Positions 41,260 to 54,102 of a DNA stretch of 64,000 nucleotides are shown in pieces. Positions within the stretch are counted from its first letter, which is position 1. Every line of letters starts with the position of its first letter. Source of the stretch: Phoronis australis (lineage: Eukaryota; Animalia; Phoronida). The position numbers were made by a program, and so were the translations under genes. A model generated the notes under the pieces. That model was given only the letters and a program-made list of their open reading frames with translations, did no database searches and was not told the origin of the DNA. Where the stretch lies: contig NMRA01000967.1 in NCBI GenBank assembly GCA_002633005.1, forward strand, positions 22,400 through 86,399, in the 5' to 3' direction.

Positions 41260-42448
41260 CACTACTGAATGTTCCATCTGCTGCTTTCGATTGGTTTTTT
41301 TAGAAGAACCACTGAAGTTCACAGTAGTTGAGAAAACGAGGGGGATAAAGTATTCGGTACTGTTGTTTTTATTAGACAACTCTTACGCTAACAGGGTTTG
41401 CACCCCCAGAGTATCCAGCGAATTCCTCGGCACATCGAAGGCTTGACGGTGCCGTCACAGATTGACTAAAGTAAGCTAATTGCTATTCATGGTCTTCAGT
41501 TGGCCCGAATGTGTATTGGATGAGATAATTGCGATCGTAAAAAACGCGCCTGTTTAGCGTGCAAGTTTCAAAGTATATAAAAAAACGAATAACAAGTAAG
41601 TAAACGACCAACAGGGAAATGTAAATATTAGCCGTCTTCGAATTTTTAAAATCAGTGCATTATAAGAAAAATTAGCGAATAGGATTTCTTCAGCAGCGCG
41701 ACTAAGCCACGAGTTAGTCACAGTCGCTTAGGCGTTGGGGTAAAAACCCAAATGTTAGCGAAGGAGTTGCCTCATCACACGCTTTAATTGTTCAACTTGC
41801 ATAAAGGCTCCTCAACGCGGCCATCATGATACCTCAGGTCCGCTGAAACGAATGTGTCTTTGATCTTGTCCGCCACTTGACCTCCCAAAATGTGCCATTG
41901 AAATATTGTATGTACGAATTAAAATTTTAGTAAGTATACGATTAGAAAATATCTGAAAATACTCGGAAATACCTCATTCATGAATTTCACCAGAAACAGT
42001 AGAGGGGAAGACAAATCTCTTAGCGTCTTCGATTCCACCAAGTACCTAGTCACCAGGTGGCATGACCGTTTCGTCCAACAGAGTCCGTTCAACTAGAACT
42101 GCTAATGAACATATCGTTGAAATCTACATTTTGGGTGTCCGCTCAGAACTAGTTTGTCCAAGGTACAACTTACGAAAAGGGTAAAAAAGGAAAGTTATCA
42201 AATGCAGACAAAGTTGCTTTGCGTTGCTTTTGATGCCCGATATTACAAAATGTCACTTTTTTTCGTCTAAAAATACGGCATCTAATTACATGTGGAGATA
42301 ATCTCACCCGATCAAAGTAAAATAATACGCTAGTCTTGGCACTTACGAAATAAATGGCCACAAATGAAAGCTCAGCATACCACAATAACTATCAATAGCC
42401 CATCACACAAAGTGGACTTGGCAAAGCACTAGAGAGCGAAGAGGACCG

Positions 42449-42489
42449 CACCCAAAACAACACACAAAGATACAAGTAAGACTTTTATT
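42449..42489 (-). terminator. Probable FEZ polyadenylation site (implies ~3-kb 3' UTR)
   Basis: Minus-strand AATAAA at 42484-42489 followed by a GU-rich tract (tgtgtgttgttttgggtg); 42.5-45.5 kb is U/G-skewed on the minus strand. Confidence 0.5.
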
Positions 42490-43956
42490 CTCGTAAGAAT
42501 GGTAACAACACATATTGTAGCAAAACTAGTTTCCACTAAAGTATGCTCACGTGCAGGTCAAAGCACTACTAGAGAGAGCCTCCCATAGACGCTAGAACCT
42601 CGCACAACCAAAGATATTGACAGGTATTGCAAGTTAAGCACGTGACCCCACTGGCTTTACTCGCGAGATTCTCGAGTCAACGGAAATCAGCCCTGGATAC
42701 TCTAAACTAAGAGATAAATGTCAAAAGGTTCATTGGAACACATGTCTGAAGTCGCACCTTGTGCTAATTATGTCAAGGCAAAATTGCAAAATTCATACTT
42801 ATATAACTAAGGTATTCAGCAGTGAATCCCATTCAAACAATCACTGAACTTCCTTCAATTTCAGTCCCTGGTGTTATCAGGAGTAATTAAGAACTCTAAC
42901 CTGCAGTGTTGAAGAACCAAAACAAAGTGCTCAAAGTAACAGTTCCCAGGTGGCGCTGCATGAGTCGCTAAGTTAATGGCTGCATATCAAGTTAGCAACT
43001 TCACAGAATGTTCAGTCTTTTTTGAAGTACAAGGTTTTGCATTTTGTGAATAAACAGTAAACCCACGATACAGTTAAGTACAATTAAAGATACAGAATTT
43101 TCCAAAACAAAAAATTTTGCGATTTCTTTATCTGTATCGCGGAACTGAAAACTATTAACTGCAAAAAATATAAACTTGACCTTTGTGTAAAACATTCTTC
43201 AATTGAGTGGCAGCAACATTGGACATCAGCTGTTTAATTTCACACCAAGCTAGATGAACTTCCCAGCTTTGAACTAATTTTGAGTTGCATATTTTAATAT
43301 GTATTGCTTGCTCAATAACTTTACTATTGGTAACTTAGTGGAAAGAAAGTCTAATCTGCTGTAGGAACGCGCTATACCAACTTGACGTGGGAAAAATGCG
43401 ATTAGAAAATGAAAACCAATAATCCATAAGTCCCTGAAGATATTGATCACTAATAGTTTGAATGAGGGAAAGAAAACAACCTTGCTAACCTAATTAACAC
43501 AAGTGGGGAGAACACAAAAAGCAATTCACTTCCTCAACGAAATGGGGAATTCCCTTTCTTGACGAAAACAGGAGATGAAGTGAACACGGTAAGAGTGAGT
43601 GGGCGACTGAAATTCCAGGGCAACTCAAGTACTGCAGAGGTATCAGTGTAATATTTTGCATTTCAAAGCGCCTGTGAACACACAACACATTACATTATGA
43701 ATACTCTTAGCACAGCATATCACAAAGGGGAATACAGTTGTCCACGTAGGAGAAAATAGAAGGTAATGGATTTCTGTATTAACTTATGAGTGCTACACAA
43801 TATCAGTGTGATACTGGATGCCAAATGGTTAACTGTAATTCAACAGGGCATCCGCAAGAAAGGAACGTTGCATACCCTTACCTCGGCAGCAGCTAATTAA
43901 TATATTGTCAGACAGTAATTACGTGTATGACAACTAAGCAGCTAAACAGTTGCTGA

Positions 43957-44084
43957 CTTTTTCAATAGAAAGGGGATGTTCACAGGCACATGAAGATCAC
44001 TTTTTCAATAGAAAGGGGATGTTCACAGGCACATGAAGATCACTTTTTCAATAGAAAGGGGATGTTCACAGGCACATGAAGATC
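43957..44084. repeat. Three tandem copies of ~43 bp
   Basis: actttttcaatagaaaggggatgttcacaggcacatgaagatc three times. Confidence 0.95.
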
Positions 44085-45490
44085 TAAGTTAGTATGGTGA
44101 CTAAGTCATTAAGTGTTTTCCTCTATCAATGCTATATATCATTACAACGATGCAAACTGGGGTACAAAGAGTACAAAAAATTTAAAACTTTAAAATATCC
44201 AAAATCTCATTTGAGTAAAACAAACAAAACGAAATACACAGACAATTCATTCAAGCTTAATTCATAGCCAGATAGGCTTCTATGCAAATGATAGTCACAT
44301 CTTAACATTCAGCTAAATAATGAAATGCTTTAAAACACTATGATACAGATATCAGCACATATTTACTATCACTACACTCCCTCTACACATGACTACAATG
44401 CAGCCACTCAAATCTTCAGCACATTTTGCTGGTCTCCACCAAATTTTCAAAACAGTACTTGACAACACATTCTTTAAAAAGTGTGAAATTTTCCCACTAA
44501 ATAACATAAAACTTTCTCTACAAGAAACACCCAAAATGTAAAATGTTCCAATTATCATGAGGAAACCCATCGTATGTGGTTAGAAATTTACACAAGGCAA
44601 TTTGTATATTTTAGAATGGGACTTTGAACAAAATGTCCCAAGACTAACTAAATTTGCTATGGCACCTTCTGGTCAACTAAACCAAGGGCCCGTTCCATCA
44701 AACGTCTTGAAGGCCATAGTCAAGACCGCCATAGGCATGTTACTACGTTACTGCAAAGACAACGCAGCATTTTGGCATCAGCGAAGTGAATACCACAAGA
44801 TGTAAACGTGATCCAAGGTCACATTCCAGCTGAACGCCGACCTTCAAAAACCACATTGACGAATAGATTAATTTCAGACCAAAAGTGTCTCGAGACTTGT
44901 CAGACATTTTGTCATCCCCTCGCTAGTAGCGAAAAAAATTTAATCTCACTCCAGTAAAGTAGAAAGTCTTTACGACCACACCCTGAATTGCAAGAAAATC
45001 AGACAATTTTTGTAAACAGTGATGAGTCAACAAAAACATGGCAAAAACGTTGCACAGTAATACTGAAGTGGCAGTGGAAGTCTTAAGTCACATTTCACGG
45101 AACAGACGTCTGCTCAGTGGAAACAAGCTTCCCCACAGTGCACACTCCACAATTCTGCTATTACAGTCAATAATCTATTAACTTAAGTTGACTGAAAGCT
45201 CTTCCCCCCAGTTTTCTCCACCCCCCTTTTCCTTACCACAGTCATAACACTACTCGCTGACTATACACTACTGCACATTTGTACACGTAATCGTTAGATA
45301 CATGTAAAATAAGTTTCAACAATAAGCAACATGATTATCATGACGTCACCTTAAATAACACATCGCAGTATACCGACTTGTATAAATATTGCACGTTAAA
45401 CCAAGGACAATTCCTGACATTTCCACACGCATCAGTAGTCAGCCACTGTTTCAAGCTCGTGTTCACATCTAAGCAGGCATCTATCTCACT

Positions 45491-45510
45491 TCATGATGTG
45501 GGACACAACA
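45491..45510 (-). CDS. FEZ2: FEZ/UNC-76-like terminal coding exon
   Basis: atttcag|(V)LCPTS*; completes the conserved KVLCPT C-terminus. Confidence 0.9.
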
Positions 45511-46844
45511 CTGAAATATTAAGTAGTAAACACTGAGTGAAGGAGATGGAGCTAGTCAACACACTTCAAGAAAACCATCAGAGAAAGATAATATGGTGGC
45601 GTGTGTTCAACAGGTTTAAACAATTCATTAAGTATTTGAATGATAACACTCTGACAGTAGCATGCCGAAAGGAGGGGGTGACAGGGCGACGGACCTTCAC
45701 ATCCAATCACTATTAATGTTTTTGAAGCAGCGACTAGTCTGTAGTTAATTGAATAAAGTCTCTATTTTATGTTTCATATTTTTTACTTTTCTTAGTGTTA
45801 AGGTCCATAAATTTGAGTAGAGAAAGAAGCATCCAATAAAAAATCGCTGCGTGCATCATCAACAAATCTCTGCATGCTACTGCACTCCCATCATAGGGCA
45901 TGTGAGTCACTATTGCTAATCCAAACGAACATAGTCTGTGTTTCCAAACAGTATTGAGAGTAAAACAGAAAGATCTCTGAACAGATAATATTAAAAAAAT
46001 ATATTTTATCAACATCAGAGAAATTCAAAAAATAACGTCAGACAATTTAGATTACTCGGTTCTTATAACACATCAAACGGTTTACTTTAAAAATCAGCAG
46101 AGGTTTTCCAAGGCCAGTTTTTTGAGGTAAACCCTAGGATGTGTTATAAGAACGGAGACATCCAGATGAGACTTTCTGGGTGTCATACAAGTTGTTAGCC
46201 TCATAACAGTGTTATTTGGAAACCACAAAACAGAGTACAATGACACCTTCTACATCATTGAGATAACATAATAAAGCACATGGATATCCCTAAGATATCA
46301 CATCAATAACCCCCCAAAATAGCATAGATATGAAGCTAAAACATCGTGCAACTACAATATCATGCAGATCTTACTGCTGATATACAGTTGAAGGCCATGC
46401 AGTTTTACACGAGAAATTTTTTTTTCCAAAAACTGGAACAGTAGAACCATTCTAGTTGATACAATCTGTCACGGTTGAGGGCGTTACCTGAATAATTTTA
46501 AGATTAATGAGTTATAATACAGAATCGTGTGAACCATAATTTTGCCTAAATCAAATTCATTGCAATGAAAGTGTCTTATACAGATTGTAATTACTATACG
46601 TTTCGCAACAAATAAATGCATTTGATACATCAGTGTCAAGCATCAATGCCAATCATGTCATTATTTTTTGCTCCTCCCATCTACTTCGAATTCTCAGATG
46701 AGGTAGTTCGTTTGTCTGAATCTCATAATCAGGGGTTTCCACTACCAGTTATGTTGAAAAATAAGGGCACAAAAAAGTGACAGCAGCCAGCTAACACCCT
46801 CCCCATGAATTGTGGAGAACTCATACAGTGAGCACGGCACGTAC

Positions 46845-46910
46845 CTTTCAGAATGTAGTCTGTCAACAGTCCTGGTGTGCTGGAACTGTCCTCGTTAATG
46901 GCTTCAAGAA
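46845..46910 (-). CDS. FEZ2: FEZ/UNC-76-like penultimate exon
   Basis: ttttcag|(I)LEAINEDSSSTPGLLTDYILK G|gtacgt; matches FEZ 'IL.AM.ED..KVP.LLTDYILK'; phase 1-1. Confidence 0.93.
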
Positions 46911-46992
46911 CTGAAAACAGCACCAATATACAATTTAAACTGCTCAACAAACGAGAAGAGAAATACCGCATGTACATATACAAAGCGACAAG

Positions 46993-49049
46993 ACAAGAGC
47001 AAAGCGGAGCGTTGACATGCGCCCACGAATACATCGCAAATGGTGTGCTTTTAGGGGGTTTTGTTTGTATCATAGAAATGGCCACTAGATGACACAAAAT
47101 ACGTCCAATCCATCTGAAAACCAGAAATTGTCACCGTTTCTTTAAAAGAAAGCCATTTACAACAACAACATGGCCACTAGGTGGCGCAAACTACGAATCC
47201 ATCCGAAAACGAGAGGATAACGTCATCTCACTAATAGATGTCTATGTGCAAAATTTTATGGAAATCCGTTGAGGATATTTGAAGACACAGAGGTAAATGT
47301 AAAAAACTAAAACTGCCACTAGGGGGCACACCAGTACATCGATCTGTTCGAAAGTCGTCGTCATCCGTTGTCAACTTCATACAAGAGCAACGCAGAGCGT
47401 TGAAATGTGCCCACAATTGCACCGCATACGGTATCCTTCTAGGGTTGTTTATTGGTACCATAAAGTGGCCAGTAAAGGGCATATATGTAGTATGTTGTAC
47501 TTAGCAAAATGGAAAGGCATGGTCATTGTCTCCTCAATAGGCTAGGGGCAAAATGTGAGTAATCTTCATAATACAAGCACATCCTATACACCAGTTGCTT
47601 AAAGCACCACAGAAACATAGAATTAAAAACAAATTTACCAACATACGAGATTAGCACAGCATTAGAATGCCAGAAACAAATTTCTACTTGGAACTTTTCC
47701 TTCATAGTCACGAAGTAACACAAAGTATACACCTGAAGACCTATGAAAATACAGAGGTCAATGTAAAATACTAAAATTGCCACTAGAGGCAAACACTAAA
47801 ATTGCCACTAGAGGCATACCGGTAATCAGAATCATCCTAAAGTCGTCATCGTCCGTTGTCAACATCACATAAATACACTTGCTAAATTTAGTAAAGATCC
47901 TGCAAACGGTTTGGGAGATACAGCCATGGGCGCAAAAAAACAAAACTGCCACTAGGAGGCGCCACAGTAGTCCAAATCGTCTGAAAATCATTGTCAGCTG
48001 TCTTCCTTATAGTAAGCACATACACGCCAATTTTCACAATCATCCTTTGAGCGGTTTGGTTGATAGAGGGGTGGACGCAAAAATACAGACTCGAAAACAG
48101 TAAAAATGGCCACTAGGTGGCGCAAACTACGTCGAATCCATCTGAAAACAGTAGGATAGCGTCATCTCACTAATAGGTGCCTACATACCAAATTTCATGA
48201 AAATCCGTTCAATACTTTTGAAGATACAAAGGTAAGCGTAAAAAACTAAAATTGCCACTAGGGGGCACACCGGTAGTCGGATTTGTCCGAAAGTTCGCAC
48301 ATGCCGTCCCATTCATGAATGGAACATATGTGCCAAATTTCATGAACGTATGTCAAAGGGTTTTGGAGATAGAGCAGCGGACGCCGGACGCCGCCCGGAT
48401 GGACGGACGGACGGACGGACAGAGATGACGGCATAATGCGTCCACATATAAATATGTGGGCGCATAATAAATACATTTGCTAAATTTAATAAAGGTCCTG
48501 TAGAACGTTTAGGAGCCATAGGCGCAAAAACAAACTAAACTGCCACTAGGGGGTGCCACTGTAGTCGAAGTCATCGTAAAATCATCGTCAATTGTCTTCC
48601 TCATAGTAAGAACACACATGCCAATTTTCACAATCATCCGTAAAGTGGTTTGGTAGTTAGAGGGGTGGACACCAAAAAAACGACTCGAAAACAGTAAAAA
48701 CAGCCACTAGATGGCACAAAATGCCTCGAATCCATCCAAATTCGAGAGGGTAGGGTCAACTCATTAAAACATTCCTACACGCCAGATTTCACAAAAATCG
48801 GTTGAGGACCTTTGAAGATAAAGAGGCAAACCTAAAAAAACTAAAATTGCCACTAGGATGCACAGTGGTATTCGGGTCAGTCCGAAACTCGTCGCCCTCT
48901 GTCGTCAACCCCATAGGCACACGCTTGCCAAATTTCAATAAGATCCTGCAAGGGGTTTAGGAGATACAGCCGCGGACGCTGGATGCCCAGACAGAGATGA
49001 CGGCAATATGCGACCACAAAAGTCATATAAATATGTGGGCGCATAATAA
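46993..49049 (-). mobile_element. HINE-like outer element H4 in FEZ intron
   Basis: 5' terminus at 49049 (atgtgggcgcataataa on +), 3' hairpin and terminus at 46993-47026; hosts H5. Confidence 0.85.
47381..48470 (-). mobile_element. Young HINE-like element H5 nested in H4
   Basis: Own complete 5' (48470) and 3' (47381) ends, (GGAC)n on +; near-identical inverted copy of H8 (identical 74-aa and 77-aa ORF translations). Confidence 0.88.
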
Positions 49050-50193
49050 TGAATTCAAAAGAAGTATAAGAACTAGTGTGCTGCATTAAAACTGCAAATG
49101 TACTCAGACGCAACAACACAGCAAAGTCTCTCCAAACTCAAATAAAAACAATACCCAAGATTTATGAATGTGTCAATCTGCACGGTTAGCAGAAGGTCCT
49201 GGGTTCATGTCCCGGTCGAAGCAAAAATCTTTTCAGACTTATATTCATTAGGTCACGCGATGTGGCCAACAAATAGCGCACAGACACGACCTAAATGCTT
49301 GCAATACCCAAGTTCGCCCCTTCTCAATTTTCTAGGTATTCTGCCGTTTGTGTACACGTCTACAACATTTCAAAGCACAATGTGATGATAGTTATTGTAC
49401 AAAGGTTGAACATGGCAAAGCATTAGTCTTGTGTTGCATGTTCTTAATGGAAAAATGAGAAAATAGTGCCTCAATCATCCACCCTGCAGTTTCCTATATT
49501 GGGGAGATATTACATCTTTAGGCAATCTTCAACTGACACCTTTGTGAAACACTGAATCCAATTTTGGAACCACAACCCGATGTCGCTAACTTCAAACAAA
49601 ACTAAATTGATCGCCGACACTGACTCTTGCCAGTGAACCAATCAGTGAACTCCATTTGGTTCAGGTGTTATCATCTGTACTTAGGAATGCCAACTAACTG
49701 AACCAAGGAACCAAACAAAAGGGTTCCAGTCCAAAACATGAAGCACAATGAGCATTCAAAGATGGCAGTGCATGAGACGTCAAACCAATTTCTGAATGCA
49801 AAAAATAAGCTTTCCTAACCAAACACCCACGACATGTTGAGTGGTTCAAGAACCGATTTTAGGATTTGCGATTTGATTCTCAAATACTTTCCATCAGATT
49901 TCCCTGAACGGACTCTTTCAGAGCTTCAGAAAATTTACACTTCCTCCAGAAAGTTAACTGACTGCTGCCTGGTGCACACCGTCCACATTGAAGTTACAAA
50001 GAAAAAGGTAAATCAAATACAGTCAACTGGTCCTAGACTAGTAACAGAACAGGTTGCATGTTGATATTTCTTAACATGATGGCTCTAAATATCTAGCAAG
50101 TCATTAGCTGTACATAGGGCGAAAGAAGTATCAGTGACATGACACAGGCAGTTAAATGAACCGTGGTGACAGATTCGTAATAGAAGGACTCAC

Positions 50194-50269
50194 TTTTGAT
50201 GAAGATCTGCAGCTTGTCTGACGATGGTACACCTTGACCAGCATGGTATGGGATAACAGTGGTCAGGTA
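50194..50269 (-). CDS. FEZ2: FEZ/UNC-76-like exon
   Basis: gttacag|YLTTVIPYHAGQGVPSSDKLQIFIK A|gtgagt; YLTTVIPY..P...LQ is the conserved FEZ C-terminal block. Confidence 0.92.
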
Positions 50270-50375
50270 CTGTAACAGACATAGAGTGTTACTGCATAAA
50301 TGACAACTGCACACAAACAGATAACTATCTATTTACTGCTAGAGGAATGAGTATTAAGTAGGTTAATCAACAAAT

Positions 50376-50510
50376 AAAATAAACATGTTTGGGGCCCATT
50401 ATATCAATGTATTTATTGCTACAGTAAAGAGAATTATGTAAAGTTAATCGAGGCATAAAATAAACACATTGGGGGCCCATTATATGGACATATTTACTAC
50501 TATAGCAATG
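50376..50510. repeat. Diverged ~80-bp tandem duplication in FEZ intron
   Basis: aaaataaaca....tggggcccattatat present twice. Confidence 0.75.
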
Positions 50511-50938
50511 ACTATTAGGTAAATGTACGTTTTTCCAATGGTATAAGTAGGTCGTAATTAAGACAGCCATAGGCGAATGCAATTATAATGTATTGTAGAC
50601 ATTAAGTTGATAATTTTTCACACTCAGACTGAATGACCGCCTTCACAAGTCATGTTAATGAACTGTGTGCCAACTAAACTCGGAATTATGACCGTCTTGG
50701 CTGAGACTGGACTTACAACATTTGATGTAAGAGCCCCCTGGTAGTAATTATAATAACTACAAATGCTGACGCAACAGGGCATTAACCTAACCATTATCAG
50801 AACAGCATTGAATAATGCATTTCTCAAACATAAACAGAACAGAATGTACATGTGTTAAGTCAATACTTCCTCATCACATCAGCCGCAGTCCTCGCCCTCT
50901 GCACACCCACTTACCACACGTGGTACGTGTACACTCAC

Positions 50939-50988
50939 CGTGCCAGCTTCTTTGGCCACATCCGGCGTAGTCTTGGCCCTCTTCATGA
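50939..50988 (-). CDS. FEZ2: FEZ1/FEZ2/UNC-76-like, 3' part of an exon whose upstream part is cut by a repeat
   Basis: Minus strand IMKRAKTTPDVAKEAGT|gtgagt, phase 0, joins YLTTVIPY as in FEZ2 '...PGT YLTTVIPY'; no convincing acceptor, HINE sequence begins at 50989. Confidence 0.7.
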
Positions 50989-51801
50989 TTTTTGTGCGTC
51001 CACCCCTCTATCAACCAAACCGCTCAAAGGATGATTGTGAAAATTGGCATGTATATGCTTACTACGTAGAGGACGATTGACGATGATTTTCCGACGATTT
51101 GGACTACTGTGGCGCCTCCTAGTGGCAGTTTTGTTTTTTTTTGCTCCTATGGCTGTATCTCCTAAACCGTTCCCAGGATTTTTACGAAATTGTGTAAGTG
51201 TATTTATATCATGATGTTAACATTAGAAGATGACGACTTTTGGACGGATCCGACTACCTAGTGGCAATTTTATTTTTTTACGCTTACCTTTGTATCTTCA
51301 AAAGTCCTGAACGGATTTTCATGAAATTTGGTATGTAGGCACCTATTAGTAAGATGACGCTATCCTCCCGTTTTCGGATGGATTCGACCTAGTTTGCGAC
51401 ACCCAGTGGCCATTTTTACAGTTTTTGAGTCTGTTTTTTGGCGTCCACCCCTCTATCAACGAAACCGCTATAAGTATGATTGTGAAAATTGGCATGTATG
51501 TTCTTACTATGAAGAGAACGATTGACGCTGAATTTCCCATGACTTTGATTACTGTGACGCCTCCTAGTGGCAGTTTTTTTTCGCCCATGGCTGTATCTCC
51601 CAAACCGTTTGCAGGATCTTTACTAAATTTAGCAAGTGTTTTTATTTGATGTTGACAACGGACGATGACGACTTTAGGATGATTCTGACTACTGGTATGC
51701 CTCTACTGGCAATTTAAGTATTTCACATTGACCTCTGTATTTTCATAGGTCTTCAGGTGTATACTTTGTGTTTCTTCGTGATTATGAAGGAAAAGTTCCA
51801 A
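50989..51801 (+). mobile_element. HINE-like fragment H6 lacking both termini, fused to the FEZ exon
   Basis: Matches H8 from ~54997 onward; ends inside the cargo segment at ...gaaaagttccaa. Confidence 0.85.
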
Positions 51802-54102
51802 CAAACCACAAATTTGATGAAAATACTTCACTTGTACAGTCAAAAGAATCAATTTTCGAGACACAATTCTCACCTTGTTGCTTATTATGCGACACCTACC
51901 GGATCTAGTATGTGAACGTTTTACATAAATCTGAACCGCTATTTCTGAGATAGCAACCTATGAATCAAGAGAAATGTAGACGCTTTTTCTAGGGTCATAC
52001 AAGATCTGAACTAGAAGGATCTTGACCTCGCCACCACTGGCAACAGACTAAAGATGTCGCTGAACCACCAACTCAAAACGACACCAGTCGGAAAAATAAA
52101 AATTCCCGGAAATTGCCTCTTCCATCAGGACGTGCACCATAAGATGCTATCTTATCCAAAATGCAAATGACGATAAAAGTGTGTAAATTTCGTTATTAAA
52201 ACGTTTTGGACTTGCTGATAGGTGCAGTTACAGTTCTCCACCTGTGACAACTGTGTGGTTTCCAGGTCGCTGTAAAATATTTTAAGTGTTGGCTGGTTTT
52301 TAATTGCACGATGGGTTCTTCTAATGTATTAAAGCTTAGGTCGTGATGACACACTTTTAATCCCATGGACAGATCTGCCCATTTATCAATGGTATTACCA
52401 TTCGCTTGGACTAGAGGTTTGTTACTTTTCTTGCCTGTGGATTTGCGTTAACGCTAACGCACTTTCCAATCCCGTCCAACAAAGCACTAACATACAAACA
52501 CAAGCACTAACATACGAAGACATACACCCCAAAATTAATCTAAATGGCATTTAAGGTCGCAAAAGCTATGATGAATGGAATATTTGATACCTTGTGCCGA
52601 TGTAGAAGCAAGATGAAGCTGAGCAGTGCTTCTCGTGGTCGATTCAGTCATGTAGGTAGAAAGATTTTTCAATTGATCCGCGTACGGCAAATTGAAAGCA
52701 ATTGATAGGTCGATTGTTTGTAAATTTTATCAATACGCGTTTTTTTTTTCCTATTTATACGCCATACCCATACCCAAAGATAACCTTCGTTTAATCAAAA
52801 CGAAAGAAGAAAGATTTAAGACGAAAATTATAAAGCTAAGGTATCGTTACTTGGATTTCCTACTGCAGTGTGTACAGCTCAATACCTTGAACGTTCTCAA
52901 ATCCCTACCCATAATACAACAAATGAAAACATTTTTAAAGGGTGCTATTAGGCCGAAGGTTCACAATTTCTAGAAAAACTTAATTATTAGTAAAACAGTT
53001 TGACAAGGACAAGATCTTTTCAATAGATGTGCTTGTGGTTAATTGAAAACAGTCGATTTTTCGATTATTTGTAAATTTTATCCATGCATGTTTTATCTAT
53101 TTACACGCCACACCCAAGCCCCCACAATACCCCCATGACCCTTGGATAACCAAAACGAATTCCGAAAGATTTAAGGTGCAACTTATGAAGGTAAATTATC
53201 ATTTCTTGCGTTTCACATTGCATTAACTATAAATAGTGTACAGCTCAATGTGTTGAAGGTCGTCAAATCCGTACACGTAATACGGTAGGAAAACGTTTTT
53301 TAAAAAGGCCATATCAAATTGCTAGTTGAACAACGGTTTCAGTAACTTAATCGAAGTTTAATTGGTGAAAAGGTTCGAGATGTGATCTCAGAGACACCGT
53401 TGATGGCTTAAAATATGATCATTTCATTTTTGTTTCATGAACGGAGTTTAAATCACAGCATTTGAAAGTTTTACCTAAATCTGAACTGCTATTTCTGGAC
53501 GTTTTTCTAGGGTCATACAGGATCTTAACTAGCAGGACTCTGGCCTGGCCCTCACTGTCAACGAACCAAAGATAGCATTGAACCATCACCTTAAAATGAC
53601 ACCAGAGTCGAAAAGGTAAGAAATCTCGAAAATTGCCTCTTTTTGAGGGCGTGCACCATGAGATGGTATCAAGGTTCCGTTCACTTGTAAATATCATAGA
53701 ATCTTCTGGTTTTTACTAAACGTTTGTACTCCTGTGAGTCATCAAAATATGACCGACACTTCTTTGATTTGGAAAAGCGAAATGAAAAATTTAATCGCCA
53801 GTCATTCAAGCATTTGACTTTATTGATGTACACTGTTTCACACCTCATTTCAGGGCACAGTTTCTCAAAAACCATAGAGCTTAGCACAAAAAGTGCACAT
53901 TGATAGTAAGGCACCGTCATTAACAATAAGACCGAATTTCATTTGAAGAAAATGGTCCAGATGTGAAATACGGTTTAGTGCTCTAAAATATGAGCATTTC
54001 ATTTTCATTTTGTAGAAGGTATTTATATCATAGAATTGAAATTTTACGTAAATTTGAACAGTTATTTCTGATACGAAGCTTTAAAGTTAGAGAAATGTAG
54101 AC

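Noticed and set aside
47523-48103. ORFs repeated identically at 55429-56009 suggesting a conserved gene
   Set aside because: Identity comes from recent HINE copying; they overlap on both strands and resemble no protein family I recognise
49183-49235. SINE/tRNA B-box-like fragment (ggtcctgggttcatgtcccgg)
   Set aside because: No A box or definable ends; too short to support a call
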